Assembly: GCA_041742355.1 (NCBI GenBank)
Contig: JBGSIV010000174.1
Location: forward strand, 1 to 43,376
DNA from: Candidatus Zixiibacteriota bacterium
Lineage (GTDB): Bacteria > Zixibacteria > MSB-5A5 > GN15 > FEB-12
Length of the DNA: 43,376 bases
Direction of reading: 5' to 3'
This document shows positions 1 through 8,546 of the stretch, in pieces; position 1 is the stretch's first letter; each line of letters opens with the position of its first letter. Both the position numbers and the translations under genes were made by a program. The notes below the pieces were generated by a model. That model saw nothing but the letters and a program-made list of their open reading frames with translations, was not told the DNA's origin and did not search any database.

Positions 1-121
1 GTACGTCCGTGAGATCGACTTGACGACCCACCGGTCGGTGACCCTCTTGGTCCCGGCTGATCAACCAAGGATGTATACCATGTCCTGACACACAGTGTAT
101 ACTATGTCTTGACACCGTACA
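1..121 (+). mobile_element. Probable right end of an IS481-family insertion sequence (truncated by window start)
   Basis: Two 19-bp direct repeats TGTATACCATGTCCTGACA (72-90) and TGTATACTATGTCTTGACA (96-114), then CCGTACA ending in ACA at 121, resembling IS481-type ends (TGT...ACA termini with internal repeats). An open frame 2-61 (YVREIGLDDPPVGDPLGPG*) could be a transposase C-terminus; the transposase core is not visible. Confidence 0.6.
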
Positions 122-317
122 CCTTGTGTCGCCCCCGGAAGACGACGGCAGACGAGGATATCTAGCGCTCCGGGGGAGTCCGCCCTGAAGGGTAGGCCAC
201 AAGAAGACTGGGTCCTTGGTCAAGTCCGGGACACGAAGAACCAGATAACTGATTGAGGTTAACGGTCAGATCGAGAGTTCTTTGGTAACTGACTCGTAAT
301 CAGTTGGTCGGCAGTAA

Positions 318-466
318 GTAGGTCAGGCCGCCTGCGGCCTGATGTAGGTGTAGGTCGGGTTCCGGAGCGAGCGCCACAGGCGCGATGCGGAGAAACCCGA
401 CAAGAGAAAGCCAATATTACGCAAATCGGGTTTCTCGGGTCTTCGACCCTTCGGAACCCGACCTAC
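318..466. repeat. GTAG-tagged REP-like cassette, copy 1 (short hairpin C, long hairpin A, inverted hairpin B)
   Basis: GTAGGTCAGGCCGCCTGCGGCCTGA (318-342); GTAGGTCGGGTTCCGGAG...GAGAAACCCGACA (350-402); inverted TCGGGTTTCTC...GGAACCCGACCTAC (426-466). Related copies at 13214-13444 and 16944-17109. Confidence 0.85.
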
Positions 467-483
467 GGAAGATAGTGACACCA

Positions 484-1128
484 ATGCAATCGACTCCCCA
501 AATTCAGATATACGACCAACAGCAGTTCCTCGGCGAGATTGACCCAGACAATCGGCTCGAGCAGTACTATGAGCTTCTGGCTGAAGAGAACAGCCGGATC
601 AACCTTGTTTCACGTGAAACACTCCCCGAAACAGGCGACCCGGAAGTGCGCTTTGCAGGGCTTCGGCGACTCGCCGCCGAATCACTCTACCCGATTACCC
701 AAGTGCCAGCGCCAAGAGTCCGGAATTACCTCGATATCGGCGCCGGCGGAGGATTCCCATCCGTTCCGATTGTGCTCACTCGCCGTCCGGACAAAGCGAC
801 GCTCATTGAACGCACCTTGAAAAAGGCGGCGGCTCTCGACCGTATGACCGCCGTGCTCCAATGCCCCGCCCGAGTCGAGTCGCGGACATTCGAAGAACTG
901 ACCTTGCCGGCCGAATCATTCGACCTGATCACCCTGCGTTTGGTCCGCCTGGATCAGGCGCTCTTCAAGAGAATCGCCCGGTTGCTTCACCCCGACGGCG
1001 CTTTCGTCTACTATAGCACTCCTTCAGGGCCGATCGACCCCGCTCACTTCACGCTCTCCTCCCTGCGATACACCGGCTCGGCAACCGGAGATATCCACAC
1101 CGCCACGATCATCAGACGAAATCGTTAG
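484..1128 (+). CDS. rsmG: 16S rRNA m7G527 methyltransferase RsmG (GidB)
   Basis: INLVS motif, SAM-binding LDIGAGGGFP, LIERTLKKA; canonical position upstream of parAB. Start moved to ATG 484 because the longer ORF start (385) lies inside the REP cassette. Confidence 0.88.
   Translation: MQSTPQIQIYDQQQFLGEIDPDNRLEQYYELLAEENSRINLVSRETLPETGDPEVRFAGLRRLAAESLYPITQVPAPRVRNYLDIGAGGGFPSVPIVLTRRPDKATLIERTLKKAAALDRMTAVLQCPARVESRTFEELTLPAESFDLITLRLVRLDQALFKRIARLLHPDGAFVYYSTPSGPIDPAHFTLSSLRYTGSATGDIHTATIIRRNR
606..621. promoter_or_regulatory. parS centromere-like site
   Basis: Perfect 16-bp palindrome TGTTTCACGTGAAACA matching the consensus bacterial parS, inside rsmG about 600 bp upstream of parA. Confidence 0.92.
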
Positions 1129-1217
1129 TGATTCTTTCATATTTTAGTTGATTCTGATGCGCCCGGGGCGTACTTTGCGTTTTCCGGAGTGTGGACATCT
1201 TCAACAAGGACTGTTGT

Positions 1218-1976
1218 TTGGGCAAAATCATCGCCATCGCCAACCAGAAGGGCGGGGTCGGCAAAACCACCACCGCTGTCAACCTGAGTTCCTGTCTTGC
1301 GGCCGCCGAACTGAAGACCTGCCTCGTCGATCTCGACCCCCAGGCAAACTCCACCAGCGGTTTCGGCTTCGAGAAGGAGAAGATCGAAACCTCCGTGTAC
1401 GATGTCCTGCTCGGCGCGGCTACCTTCCGCGAGGCCGTGCTCGAGACCGATCTGTCTTACCTCCACCTCATGCCGTCATCGATATCGCTCGTCGGCGCCG
1501 AAGTTGAACTCGTTTCGGTGATGTCGCGCGAGACGCGCCTCAAAGCCGCACTGGCGTCGGTGGTTGACGACTACGCATATATCATTGTCGATTGTCCCCC
1601 CTCGCTGGGGCTGCTGACAATCAACGCGTTAACGGCGTCGCACAGTGTCATTATCCCCGTGCAGTGCGAGTACTACGCGCTGGAAGGGTTGGGGCAACTG
1701 ATGAACACGGTCCGCTTGGTGCAGGAGCATCTGAACCCGCACCTTCGGATCGAAGGGGCGCTCATGACGATGTACGACGGCCGTTTGAACCTGTCGCGCC
1801 AGGTGCTCGAGGAAGTGAAGAAGCATTTCGGCGGCAAGGTCTACGACACGGTCATCTCGCGTAACGTGCGTCTCTCCGAGGCGCCATCATTCGGCAAGCC
1901 GATTATCCTCTACGACATACTGTCAACCGGTGCGGAGAATTACATGGCGCTCACCCGGGAGGTGCTGTCACAGTGA
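1218..1976 (+). CDS. parA: Chromosome partitioning ATPase ParA/Soj
   Basis: IAIANQKGGVGKTT deviant Walker A, DLDPQAN, IIVDCPPSLG, RNVRLSEAPSFG. Probable TTG start at 1218 after AAGGA; ORF track start is 1191. Confidence 0.96.
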   Translation: MGKIIAIANQKGGVGKTTTAVNLSSCLAAAELKTCLVDLDPQANSTSGFGFEKEKIETSVYDVLLGAATFREAVLETDLSYLHLMPSSISLVGAEVELVSVMSRETRLKAALASVVDDYAYIIVDCPPSLGLLTINALTASHSVIIPVQCEYYALEGLGQLMNTVRLVQEHLNPHLRIEGALMTMYDGRLNLSRQVLEEVKKHFGGKVYDTVISRNVRLSEAPSFGKPIILYDILSTGAENYMALTREVLSQ

Positions 1977-2830
1977 AAAAGATTGTTCTGGGCAAGGGTC
2001 TCGACGCGTTGATTCCGGCGATCGAGACGATCGACGGTGGCGGTGAACGCCGTATGCGCCAGGTGGCGCTGGATCGGATCGCGCCGAATCCGCTGCAGCC
2101 GCGTCGGGATTTCGACGAGGCGAGCCTCCATGACCTGGCCGATTCGCTGCGGCGCAACGGCCTGATGCAACCCCTGGTGGTTCGTCAGGACGGCCCCATG
2201 TACACGATTATCGCCGGCGAACGGCGGTATCGGGCGGCCCGGCTCGCCGGCATGAACCAGGTGCCGGTGGTGCTGATGGAGGATGTCGACGACACCCGCA
2301 TGCTGGAACTGGCGCTGGTCGAGAATCTCCAGCGCGAGGATCTCAACCCGATCGATACGGCCGAAGCCTACCGCTCATTAATGGAGCGCTGCAACCATAC
2401 GCAGCAGGAACTGTCGGCGGTGGTGGGGAAGAGCCGGGCGGCGGTGGCCAACGCGCTGCGCCTCCTGTCGCTGCCGGAGCCGGTCAAGCAGATGCTGCGG
2501 GACGGACGGATCACCGAGGGGCACGCGCGGGCGATTCTCCAACTGGCGGATGAACAGGCCCAGGTGGAGATGGCCGTGCGGATTTCCGAAGAATCGCTGT
2601 CGGTACGGGCCGTGGAAGAAGAGACGCGCAGGCCGTCGCGCCCGAAGGGGCGTCCGGCGGGGCGCCGGGTGAACCCGGCGGTGACCGATGCCGAGACGAT
2701 GCTCAAGCAGACGTTCGCGACCAAGGTGCAAATCGTGCACCGCGGCGATCGCGGACGGATCCTGATCGAGTACTACGGTGCCGAGGATCTCAATCGCATT
2801 CTGGAACTGGTCGGGAAGATCAACGGCTAA
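1973..2830 (+). CDS. parB: Chromosome partitioning protein ParB/Spo0J
   Basis: [10 protein letters not shown]-terminal peptide, [16 protein letters not shown] (CTP-binding), [31 protein letters not shown] overlap with parA. Confidence 0.96.
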   Translation: MKKIVLGKGLDALIPAIETIDGGGERRMRQVALDRIAPNPLQPRRDFDEASLHDLADSLRRNGLMQPLVVRQDGPMYTIIAGERRYRAARLAGMNQVPVVLMEDVDDTRMLELALVENLQREDLNPIDTAEAYRSLMERCNHTQQELSAVVGKSRAAVANALRLLSLPEPVKQMLRDGRITEGHARAILQLADEQAQVEMAVRISEESLSVRAVEEETRRPSRPKGRPAGRRVNPAVTDAETMLKQTFATKVQIVHRGDRGRILIEYYGAEDLNRILELVGKING

Positions 2831-2831
2831 T

Positions 2832-3617
2832 ATGGACTTGAACAGATACTATACGATCATGGTTATTCCCGAGGGGCAGGCCGCCCAGCGGGCCTTTCGC
2901 ATCCGGCAGTGGCACCTGCAGGCGGGCGCGATCGCGATCGTGATCATATTCCTCCTCATGATCCTGTTCTTCGCCTCGTACTCCAAGATCATGGTGCGGG
3001 CGGCGCTGACCGACAAGCTGCAGCAGGAGAACGAGCAGCTCCTGAAGTACCAGTACAAGGTGAAGATCCTTGAAGAGAACATCAACCAGATGCGAGAGAT
3101 GGTCACGCGACTGACCACGCTGGCGGGGATAGACTACAAGTTTCCGGATATTCCGGATGATTCGACGTTGTTCGCGGCGATCGAGGGATCGCCGGCAGCG
3201 GCGATCGTGCGATCGGGGACCGATCTGAATATGCCGCAGGGGCTGCCGATCGAGGGTGTTATCAGCCAGGGTTTCCAGGTGCGCAGCAACACGAGGTATC
3301 ACCCGGGAATCGATATTGCCACGCCGGTGGGAACGCCGGTGCTGGCGACCGCCTCGGGGCTCGTCGTGTATGCGGACTTCGATTCGACCTACGGCAACAT
3401 GCTCGTGCTGCGTCACAACGACACGGTCACGACGCTGTACGGGCACAACGAATCTCTGCTGGTGGCAGCAGGGCAGGAAGTGCCGGCCGGTGGAAGGATC
3501 GCCCTGTCGGGTAACACCGGAAAATCGACCGCCCCGCATCTGCATTATGAAGTTCGTATCAACGATGAACCCATAAACCCCGTGGAAAGTCCGTATGATC
3601 AAGAAGAACGGAAGTGA
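2832..3617 (+). CDS. M23 family metallopeptidase with N-terminal TM and coiled coil
   Basis: HPGIDIA (HxxxD) and STAPHLHYEV (HxH), YGH motif; hydrophobic helix followed by coiled coil. ATG 2832 immediately after the parB stop. Confidence 0.9.
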   Translation: MDLNRYYTIMVIPEGQAAQRAFRIRQWHLQAGAIAIVIIFLLMILFFASYSKIMVRAALTDKLQQENEQLLKYQYKVKILEENINQMREMVTRLTTLAGIDYKFPDIPDDSTLFAAIEGSPAAAIVRSGTDLNMPQGLPIEGVISQGFQVRSNTRYHPGIDIATPVGTPVLATASGLVVYADFDSTYGNMLVLRHNDTVTTLYGHNESLLVAAGQEVPAGGRIALSGNTGKSTAPHLHYEVRINDEPINPVESPYDQEERK

Positions 3618-4041
3618 ATCGGAAGGACTCATGAACACCTTAATCGGCAAAGACACCACGATCACCGGAACGATCGATGTCAAGGGCGCCCTGCGTGTTG
3701 ACGGCACGGTCAAGGGCAAGATAATCTGTTCGGACTGTGTGACTGTTGGCACGACCGGCCTGGTCGAGGCTGAGATCGAGTCCAAAGAAGCTATCGTGGC
3801 CGGGCACATGCACGGCAACATCGTGGCCAGCGAGAAGATCGAACTGCAGGCGAACTGCGAGATGGACGGGGACTTGCGAACCAAGTCGCTGGTGATCGAG
3901 CAGGGCGCCATGTTCTGCGGCAACTGCAACATGAAGGGGACCGGCAAGGGAATGCGTTCGGACCTCGGATTCCTGCCGCCGCAGCGCGAAAATGAACCGA
4001 TCGGCGAACTGGTCGGGGAGAAGAAGGACGGGCGGAAGTAA
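3595..4041 (+). CDS. Bactofilin (polymer-forming cytoskeletal protein, CcmA family)
   Basis: TLIGKDTTITGTI...LRVDGTVKGKI...LVIEQGAMFCG beta-helix signature; overlaps the M23 gene, a common pairing. Confidence 0.92.
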   Translation: MIKKNGSESEGLMNTLIGKDTTITGTIDVKGALRVDGTVKGKIICSDCVTVGTTGLVEAEIESKEAIVAGHMHGNIVASEKIELQANCEMDGDLRTKSLVIEQGAMFCGNCNMKGTGKGMRSDLGFLPPQRENEPIGELVGEKKDGRK

Positions 4042-4056
4042 CACCTCTTCTCCCTC

Positions 4057-4155
4057 TGTGGACAACCACCCCTTTCTGTGGATAACGGGCCAAGCGGTTG
4101 ACACTAAATGACATAGTGTCGCCGAATTGCCCCTCCCGGACAGTGGTTGTCCACA
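4057..4155. promoter_or_regulatory. DnaA-box cluster (candidate oriC or part of it)
   Basis: TGTGGACAA 4057-4065, TGTGGATAA 4077-4085 (perfect TTATCCACA on minus strand) and TTGTCCACA 4147-4155, within a 385-bp intergenic gap after the rsmG-parAB operon. Confidence 0.65.
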
Positions 4156-4426
4156 CGGGAACCTTGCGGTAATGTCGTGTTAGATCGCGACTTATGCGCC
4201 ATTCATCAAGTGGCCGATTACAACCGGATGCTTTAGAGGCTGCCTTGTAGGGCCTTGCAACATCCGGTTTTTCTCGCTCGATAGGATGGTATTTGCGCCC
4301 TCACATGGTTCCTTCCGTCGGTTGCGGAAACTCGAAACGATACCGGGACTATAAGTAGAAAGACACTGACACAGATGACCACCAGCGGCCCCGGCCAATG
4401 ATCACATTCCACGATCCGGAGGAGTA

Positions 4427-5431
4427 ATGCCGATCTCGGAGAAGCATTCCGATCTTGATGCTGTCGAAAATCTCAATACCGCGTCCCGGCGCATTAAGTC
4501 GGAGATAGCGAAAGTCATCATCGGCCAGGACAAGGTGGTCGAACAGCTCCTGATCTCGCTCTTGTCATCGGGGCACTGCCTGCTGGTCGGTGTACCCGGC
4601 CTGGCGAAGACGCTCTTGATCTCGACGCTCGCGCGGGTGCTCGACCTGAAGTTCAATCGTATTCAGTTCACCCCCGACCTGATGCCGTCGGACATCACCG
4701 GCACCGAGATCATCGAAGAGGACCATGCGACCGGACGGCGGCGATTCCGCTTTGTCAAAGGACCGGTGTTCGCGAACATCATTCTCGCCGACGAAATCAA
4801 CCGCACGCCCCCGAAAACGCAGGCGGCGCTCCTGCAGGCGATGCAGGAGCACGAGGTGACCGCCGCCGGGGAGACGTACAAACTCGACGAACCGTTCTTT
4901 GTCCTCGCGACCCAGAACCCGATCGAGCAGGAAGGAACCTATCCGCTCCCCGAGGCTCAGCTCGACCGCTTCATGTTCAACGTCTTCGTGGATTACCCGG
5001 CGGAGCATGAGGAGTGCAGCATCGTGCGCGCGACCACGGCGGTGATCGACTACCAACTGGACAAGATCCTGTCGCCGGCCGAGATTTCGGGCTTCCAACA
5101 GCTCGTGCGACGAGTGCCGGTATCGGATCACCTGATCGAGTACGCGGTACGCCTCGTGCGCAAGACCCGCCCGAACGAGGTGGATGCCCCCGAGTTTGTG
5201 CGCAACTGGGTGAACTGGGGCGCCGGTCCGCGCGCCTCGCAGTACCTGATTCTCGCGGCCAAGACGCGCGCGATCCTCGATGGCCGCCCGACCCCGGGGC
5301 CGGAGGATGTGCGGTTCGCGGCGTATCCGGTGCTGCGGCATCGGATCGTGACGTCGTTCAACGCCGAGGCGGATGGCGTGGATACGATGGAGATCATCAA
5401 GCGCCTGCTGGAGACGGTGAAAGAGCAGTAG
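4427..5431 (+). CDS. MoxR family AAA+ ATPase
   Basis: GVPGLAKT Walker A, RIQFTPDLMPSDITG, LADEINRTPPKTQAALL, ATQNPIEQEGTYPLPEAQLDRF, GAGPRA. Confidence 0.96.
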   Translation: MPISEKHSDLDAVENLNTASRRIKSEIAKVIIGQDKVVEQLLISLLSSGHCLLVGVPGLAKTLLISTLARVLDLKFNRIQFTPDLMPSDITGTEIIEEDHATGRRRFRFVKGPVFANIILADEINRTPPKTQAALLQAMQEHEVTAAGETYKLDEPFFVLATQNPIEQEGTYPLPEAQLDRFMFNVFVDYPAEHEECSIVRATTAVIDYQLDKILSPAEISGFQQLVRRVPVSDHLIEYAVRLVRKTRPNEVDAPEFVRNWVNWGAGPRASQYLILAAKTRAILDGRPTPGPEDVRFAAYPVLRHRIVTSFNAEADGVDTMEIIKRLLETVKEQ

Positions 5432-5526
5432 GCGGAGGTAATCTGGAGCCGAGCCTGAAGTGGTCTGGGCGAATGAGAGGGAAATCACGGGGAGTGGCGA
5501 AAAGCTGGTATTTAGTAAACTGTTTC

Positions 5527-5555
5527 TTGCATTTTAACCGATAATATGTTATTAT
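5527..5555 (+). promoter_or_regulatory. Putative sigma70-type promoter (leaderless arrangement)
   Basis: TTGCAT (5527-5532), 17-bp spacer, TATTAT (5550-5555), 7 nt, ATG 5563. Confidence 0.5.
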
Positions 5556-5562
5556 GCAGAGA

Positions 5563-6567
5563 ATGGTTTATAATAGCCGCGACATTTCCTCGACGCTTGC
5601 CGCTTTACGGCTGTATCTTCTTGATACAATAGGCGTTACGATTGCGCCAGAGCCGTGGGCTGAACATCAGGCCCTGCCGATGTATTTGCAGGATCAGTAC
5701 CGATTCTTCCAATGCACACTATTGGGGACCCACTGCCTACTTCTAATCCCTCTTTCTGATACCGATCAGGCCCCCGCGACCATTCAGAAACACCTGGCGC
5801 GGATACGTGAAGTTTGGGAGGGCGAGGTAGTCTATATTCGGTTGCGGATCTCATCGTTTGAACGCCGACGCCTGATTGACCGTCGGATCGCATTTGTGGT
5901 GCCGGGGAATCAGATGTACCTACCGTGGGCTGGCGCAGATCTCCGAGAGTTCTTCCGCCGTCGACCGGAGGACCGCACACGCTTTCGTCCGTCGACTCAG
6001 GCGCTTGTCTTGCATGCGCTGCTGGATCGGGGGGAACGCCAGTATACGCCGAAAGCACTGGCCGAGCGACTGGGTTATACGGCGATGGCGTTGACGCGGG
6101 CATTCGATGAGCTTGAGGCAGCCGGGATCGGGGAGATAGTCGTCCGCGGCCGAGGACGGGTACTGCAGTTCAGTGGTGACACGCGGGCAATCTGGCAGGA
6201 GTGTCAGCCCTATCTGCTCGACCCGGTGAAGAAACGAGTCACTTACGGAGTACCCTTGCGCGATAATGACGCGGTGCCGGCCGGGCTGACTGCGTTGTCG
6301 CATTACTCGATGCTTGTGGCGCCGGTCCGAGAGGTTCGCGCGGTTTCACCGGCGGTTGGAAAGTTGATTGCAGAGGAGGCAGGGTTGGCAGAGCACCAGT
6401 TCGACCAGGACCGGCTCACCCAGTATGAGATTTGGCGTTACGACCCCGGACGCTTTGCCCGAAACGGCGTGGTCGATCCGTTCTCGCTCTACCTTAGCCT
6501 TAGGATGGAGAAGGACGAACGAGTCCAGGGGGCGCTGGAAGAAATGATGGAGCGGATCGAATGGTGA
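5563..6567 (+). CDS. Putative type IV TA antitoxin / transcriptional regulator (AbiEi-like, central wHTH)
   Basis: HTH-like TPKALAERLGYTAMALTRAFDEL; C-terminal VVDPFSLYLSL...DERVQGAL resembling AbiEi-type antitoxins; overlaps a nucleotidyltransferase gene. Start 5554 or 5563. Confidence 0.6.
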   Translation: MVYNSRDISSTLAALRLYLLDTIGVTIAPEPWAEHQALPMYLQDQYRFFQCTLLGTHCLLLIPLSDTDQAPATIQKHLARIREVWEGEVVYIRLRISSFERRRLIDRRIAFVVPGNQMYLPWAGADLREFFRRRPEDRTRFRPSTQALVLHALLDRGERQYTPKALAERLGYTAMALTRAFDELEAAGIGEIVVRGRGRVLQFSGDTRAIWQECQPYLLDPVKKRVTYGVPLRDNDAVPAGLTALSHYSMLVAPVREVRAVSPAVGKLIAEEAGLAEHQFDQDRLTQYEIWRYDPGRFARNGVVDPFSLYLSLRMEKDERVQGALEEMMERIEW

Positions 6568-7352
6568 GAGGACTGGATCTCTTTTGCCGGCAGTTCAGGG
6601 AGTGCTCGGATCAGTATGTTCTTATTGGAGGCACGGCTTGCATGCTGGCAATGCAACGAGAGAATTTGCTGTTCCGAGCTACTCGAGATCTGGACATAGT
6701 CTTAACGATGGAGGCGCTCGATGAGCGTTTCGGTAAGGCGTTTTGGGAGTTTGTGGAGGCTGGCGGGTACGCCGCCAGGAAGAAGTCAGGACGGCGGCAG
6801 TTTTATCGGTTCGAATCTCCCAGCGATGCCCGATACCCCGAAATGCTGGAATTGTTCTCCCGCAGGCCCGACTTGCTTGATCTGGCTGAGGGGACTCATC
6901 TGACGCCGATTCCGATGAATGACGATGTCTCCAGCCTGTCAGCGATTCTTCTGGATGAAGCCTATTACAGGCTGATCCAGGATGGACGCCACATCTTGAA
7001 TGATTTGTCGATTGTGCGAGCAGAGTATCTCGTTCCGCTGAAGATGCGCGCCTGGATTGACTTGAGCCAAAGGAGAGACGGTGGCGGGGCTGTCGATACG
7101 AAAGAGATCAAGAAACATCGCAATGACCTGTTTCGTCTCGCTCGCCTGCTCTCACCGAGAGCAACACTCAAGCTGGATCCTGTTGTGCGCGGCGACATGA
7201 AGATGGGGCTGGAGATACTGCAGCGCGAATCGGGAGTGGACATCAAGCAGTTCGGTTGGGAGAACACCAGCGCAGACGAGGTCATCGCCATGATGCTGCA
7301 AGTCTACGGGCCAACCATTCGTACAGGTTCAAGTGAGGCGACGGAAGCATGA
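6561..7352 (+). CDS. Putative nucleotidyltransferase toxin (AbiEii-like, DNA pol beta superfamily)
   Basis: YVLIGGTAC...RATRDLDIV (GG motif plus RxTxDxD), later LKMRAW and KHRNDL motifs typical of AbiEii-like NTases. Confidence 0.7.
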   Translation: MVRGLDLFCRQFRECSDQYVLIGGTACMLAMQRENLLFRATRDLDIVLTMEALDERFGKAFWEFVEAGGYAARKKSGRRQFYRFESPSDARYPEMLELFSRRPDLLDLAEGTHLTPIPMNDDVSSLSAILLDEAYYRLIQDGRHILNDLSIVRAEYLVPLKMRAWIDLSQRRDGGGAVDTKEIKKHRNDLFRLARLLSPRATLKLDPVVRGDMKMGLEILQRESGVDIKQFGWENTSADEVIAMMLQVYGPTIRTGSSEATEA

Positions 7353-8122
7353 TCGAGAACTACCGCATATCCGACCTGCCCCCGTACGGCAAGGTGTTCG
7401 TGGGGATATTTACCGCGCTGGTGTTGTGCGTGCTCCTCTGGGTCGCGTTTATCTACTACGTGGACAAGGGGATGGTCGATCAGTCCCGGCTGCCCGCCTA
7501 CCTCTCGCAGTCGAATGCCACGCAACCCGGTCACTCTGGCCGGGCCATGTCGCCGGCTGATTCCATCCGGGCCGACAGCCTCAAACAGGCGCAAATCGAG
7601 CAGGAAGCCGAAATCGTCGCCGGGGACAGCGAGGCCGTGCTCGCGCCGGTCTGGGACAAAGAGCTGGCCGGCCGCGATGTCCACGCCGACAGCCAGTCAG
7701 CCGCCGAGCGATTCGAAAAGGTCGACTCGGTGATCGAGCGGGAAGAAGAGAAGACCGGCACGCGGCCGGGAACCGGCTACGACTACAATCCCGATTCCAA
7801 GTTGTTCGATGTCGATGAATTCGAGGAGCCCGACCTGCGCGAGAATATCGGCCTCGCCCATACGCATATCAACGGCCAGGCGCTCCTGTTTTTCGCGCTC
7901 GGCGCTGTGTTCCTGTTTACCTCGGCTACGCCGAAAGTGAAGAAGATCGTGTACTGGGTGTTCGGCGTGGCGATTGTGACGCATGCGATCGGCCTGTCGG
8001 GGCAACACTACCACTGGTTTTTCGACGATGTCCTCGCTCTCAGCGGCGTGGCTATCGTGGTGGTGATCGCGTACATGGCGTTCCTGATCTTTGTCGATCT
8101 GGGGAAGAAGCGGAAAGCGTAG
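7349..8122 (+). CDS. Hypothetical multi-pass membrane protein with large acidic loop
   Basis: One N-terminal TM, ~130-aa hydrophilic loop, three C-terminal TMs with AHTH and THA histidines; strong GC3 coding bias; ATGA overlap with upstream gene. Confidence 0.75.
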   Translation: MIENYRISDLPPYGKVFVGIFTALVLCVLLWVAFIYYVDKGMVDQSRLPAYLSQSNATQPGHSGRAMSPADSIRADSLKQAQIEQEAEIVAGDSEAVLAPVWDKELAGRDVHADSQSAAERFEKVDSVIEREEEKTGTRPGTGYDYNPDSKLFDVDEFEEPDLRENIGLAHTHINGQALLFFALGAVFLFTSATPKVKKIVYWVFGVAIVTHAIGLSGQHYHWFFDDVLALSGVAIVVVIAYMAFLIFVDLGKKRKA

Positions 8123-8126
8123 CTAC

Positions 8127-8170
8127 GTAGGTCGGGGTTCCGAGGGGCGCAAGCCCCGAGAAACCCGACA
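8127..8170 (+). repeat. GTAG REP-like hairpin (B type)
   Basis: GTAGGTCGGGGTTCCGAGGGGCGCAAGCCCCGAGAAACCCGACA, 4 nt after the stop at 8122; same outer stem as the cassette copies. Confidence 0.85.
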
Positions 8171-8293
8171 AAGAGATGTCGATTGAATTGACGAAGAAGC
8201 GAGTAGTGTGAATCAACGAAGTCAGTCTCCTTGGAGCCTGAGCTACGTTGCACGGAGTGTATACATGTACGGCACACAGTGCCAGAAATCCAA

Positions 8294-8524
8294 TGTCAAA
8301 CACGCAGAGCCGTGTTTGACCTACCGCGGAAATTTCGATGCTGTGTAAATCGATGGTAGGTCAAACACCGGTTTCGGTGTTTGACGGTGTAATAGAAGAA
8401 CAACGTCATTGACGCTGGCAAGTGAGTCGATGGTAGCTCAAACACCGGTCTCGGTGTTTGACGGTGTAATAGAAGAACAACGTCATTGACGCTGGCAAGT
8501 CAGGCTCCAAGGAGCCTGCCCTAC
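8294..8524. repeat. REP-like hairpin cluster with a 77-bp-period tandem duplication
   Basis: Inverted GTCAAACACG...CGTGTTTGACCTAC (8295-8324); 74-nt units at 8350-8423 and 8427-8500 with 2 mismatches, each holding GTAG(G/C)TCAAACACCG...CGGTGTTTGAC; GTCAGGCTCCAAGGAGCCTGCCCTAC (8499-8524). Confidence 0.85.
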
Positions 8525-8546
8525 CTGTCACTATACCGGAAGTAAC

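Noticed and set aside
385..483. N-terminal extension of RsmG (and likewise DUF58 13262-13456)
   Set aside because: Both extensions are REP cassette sequence read in frame; family homology starts at the downstream ATG.
8350..8500. Possible CRISPR array (palindromic repeat with regular period)
   Set aside because: Only two units, the would-be spacers are identical, and there are no cas genes; it is a tandem duplication.
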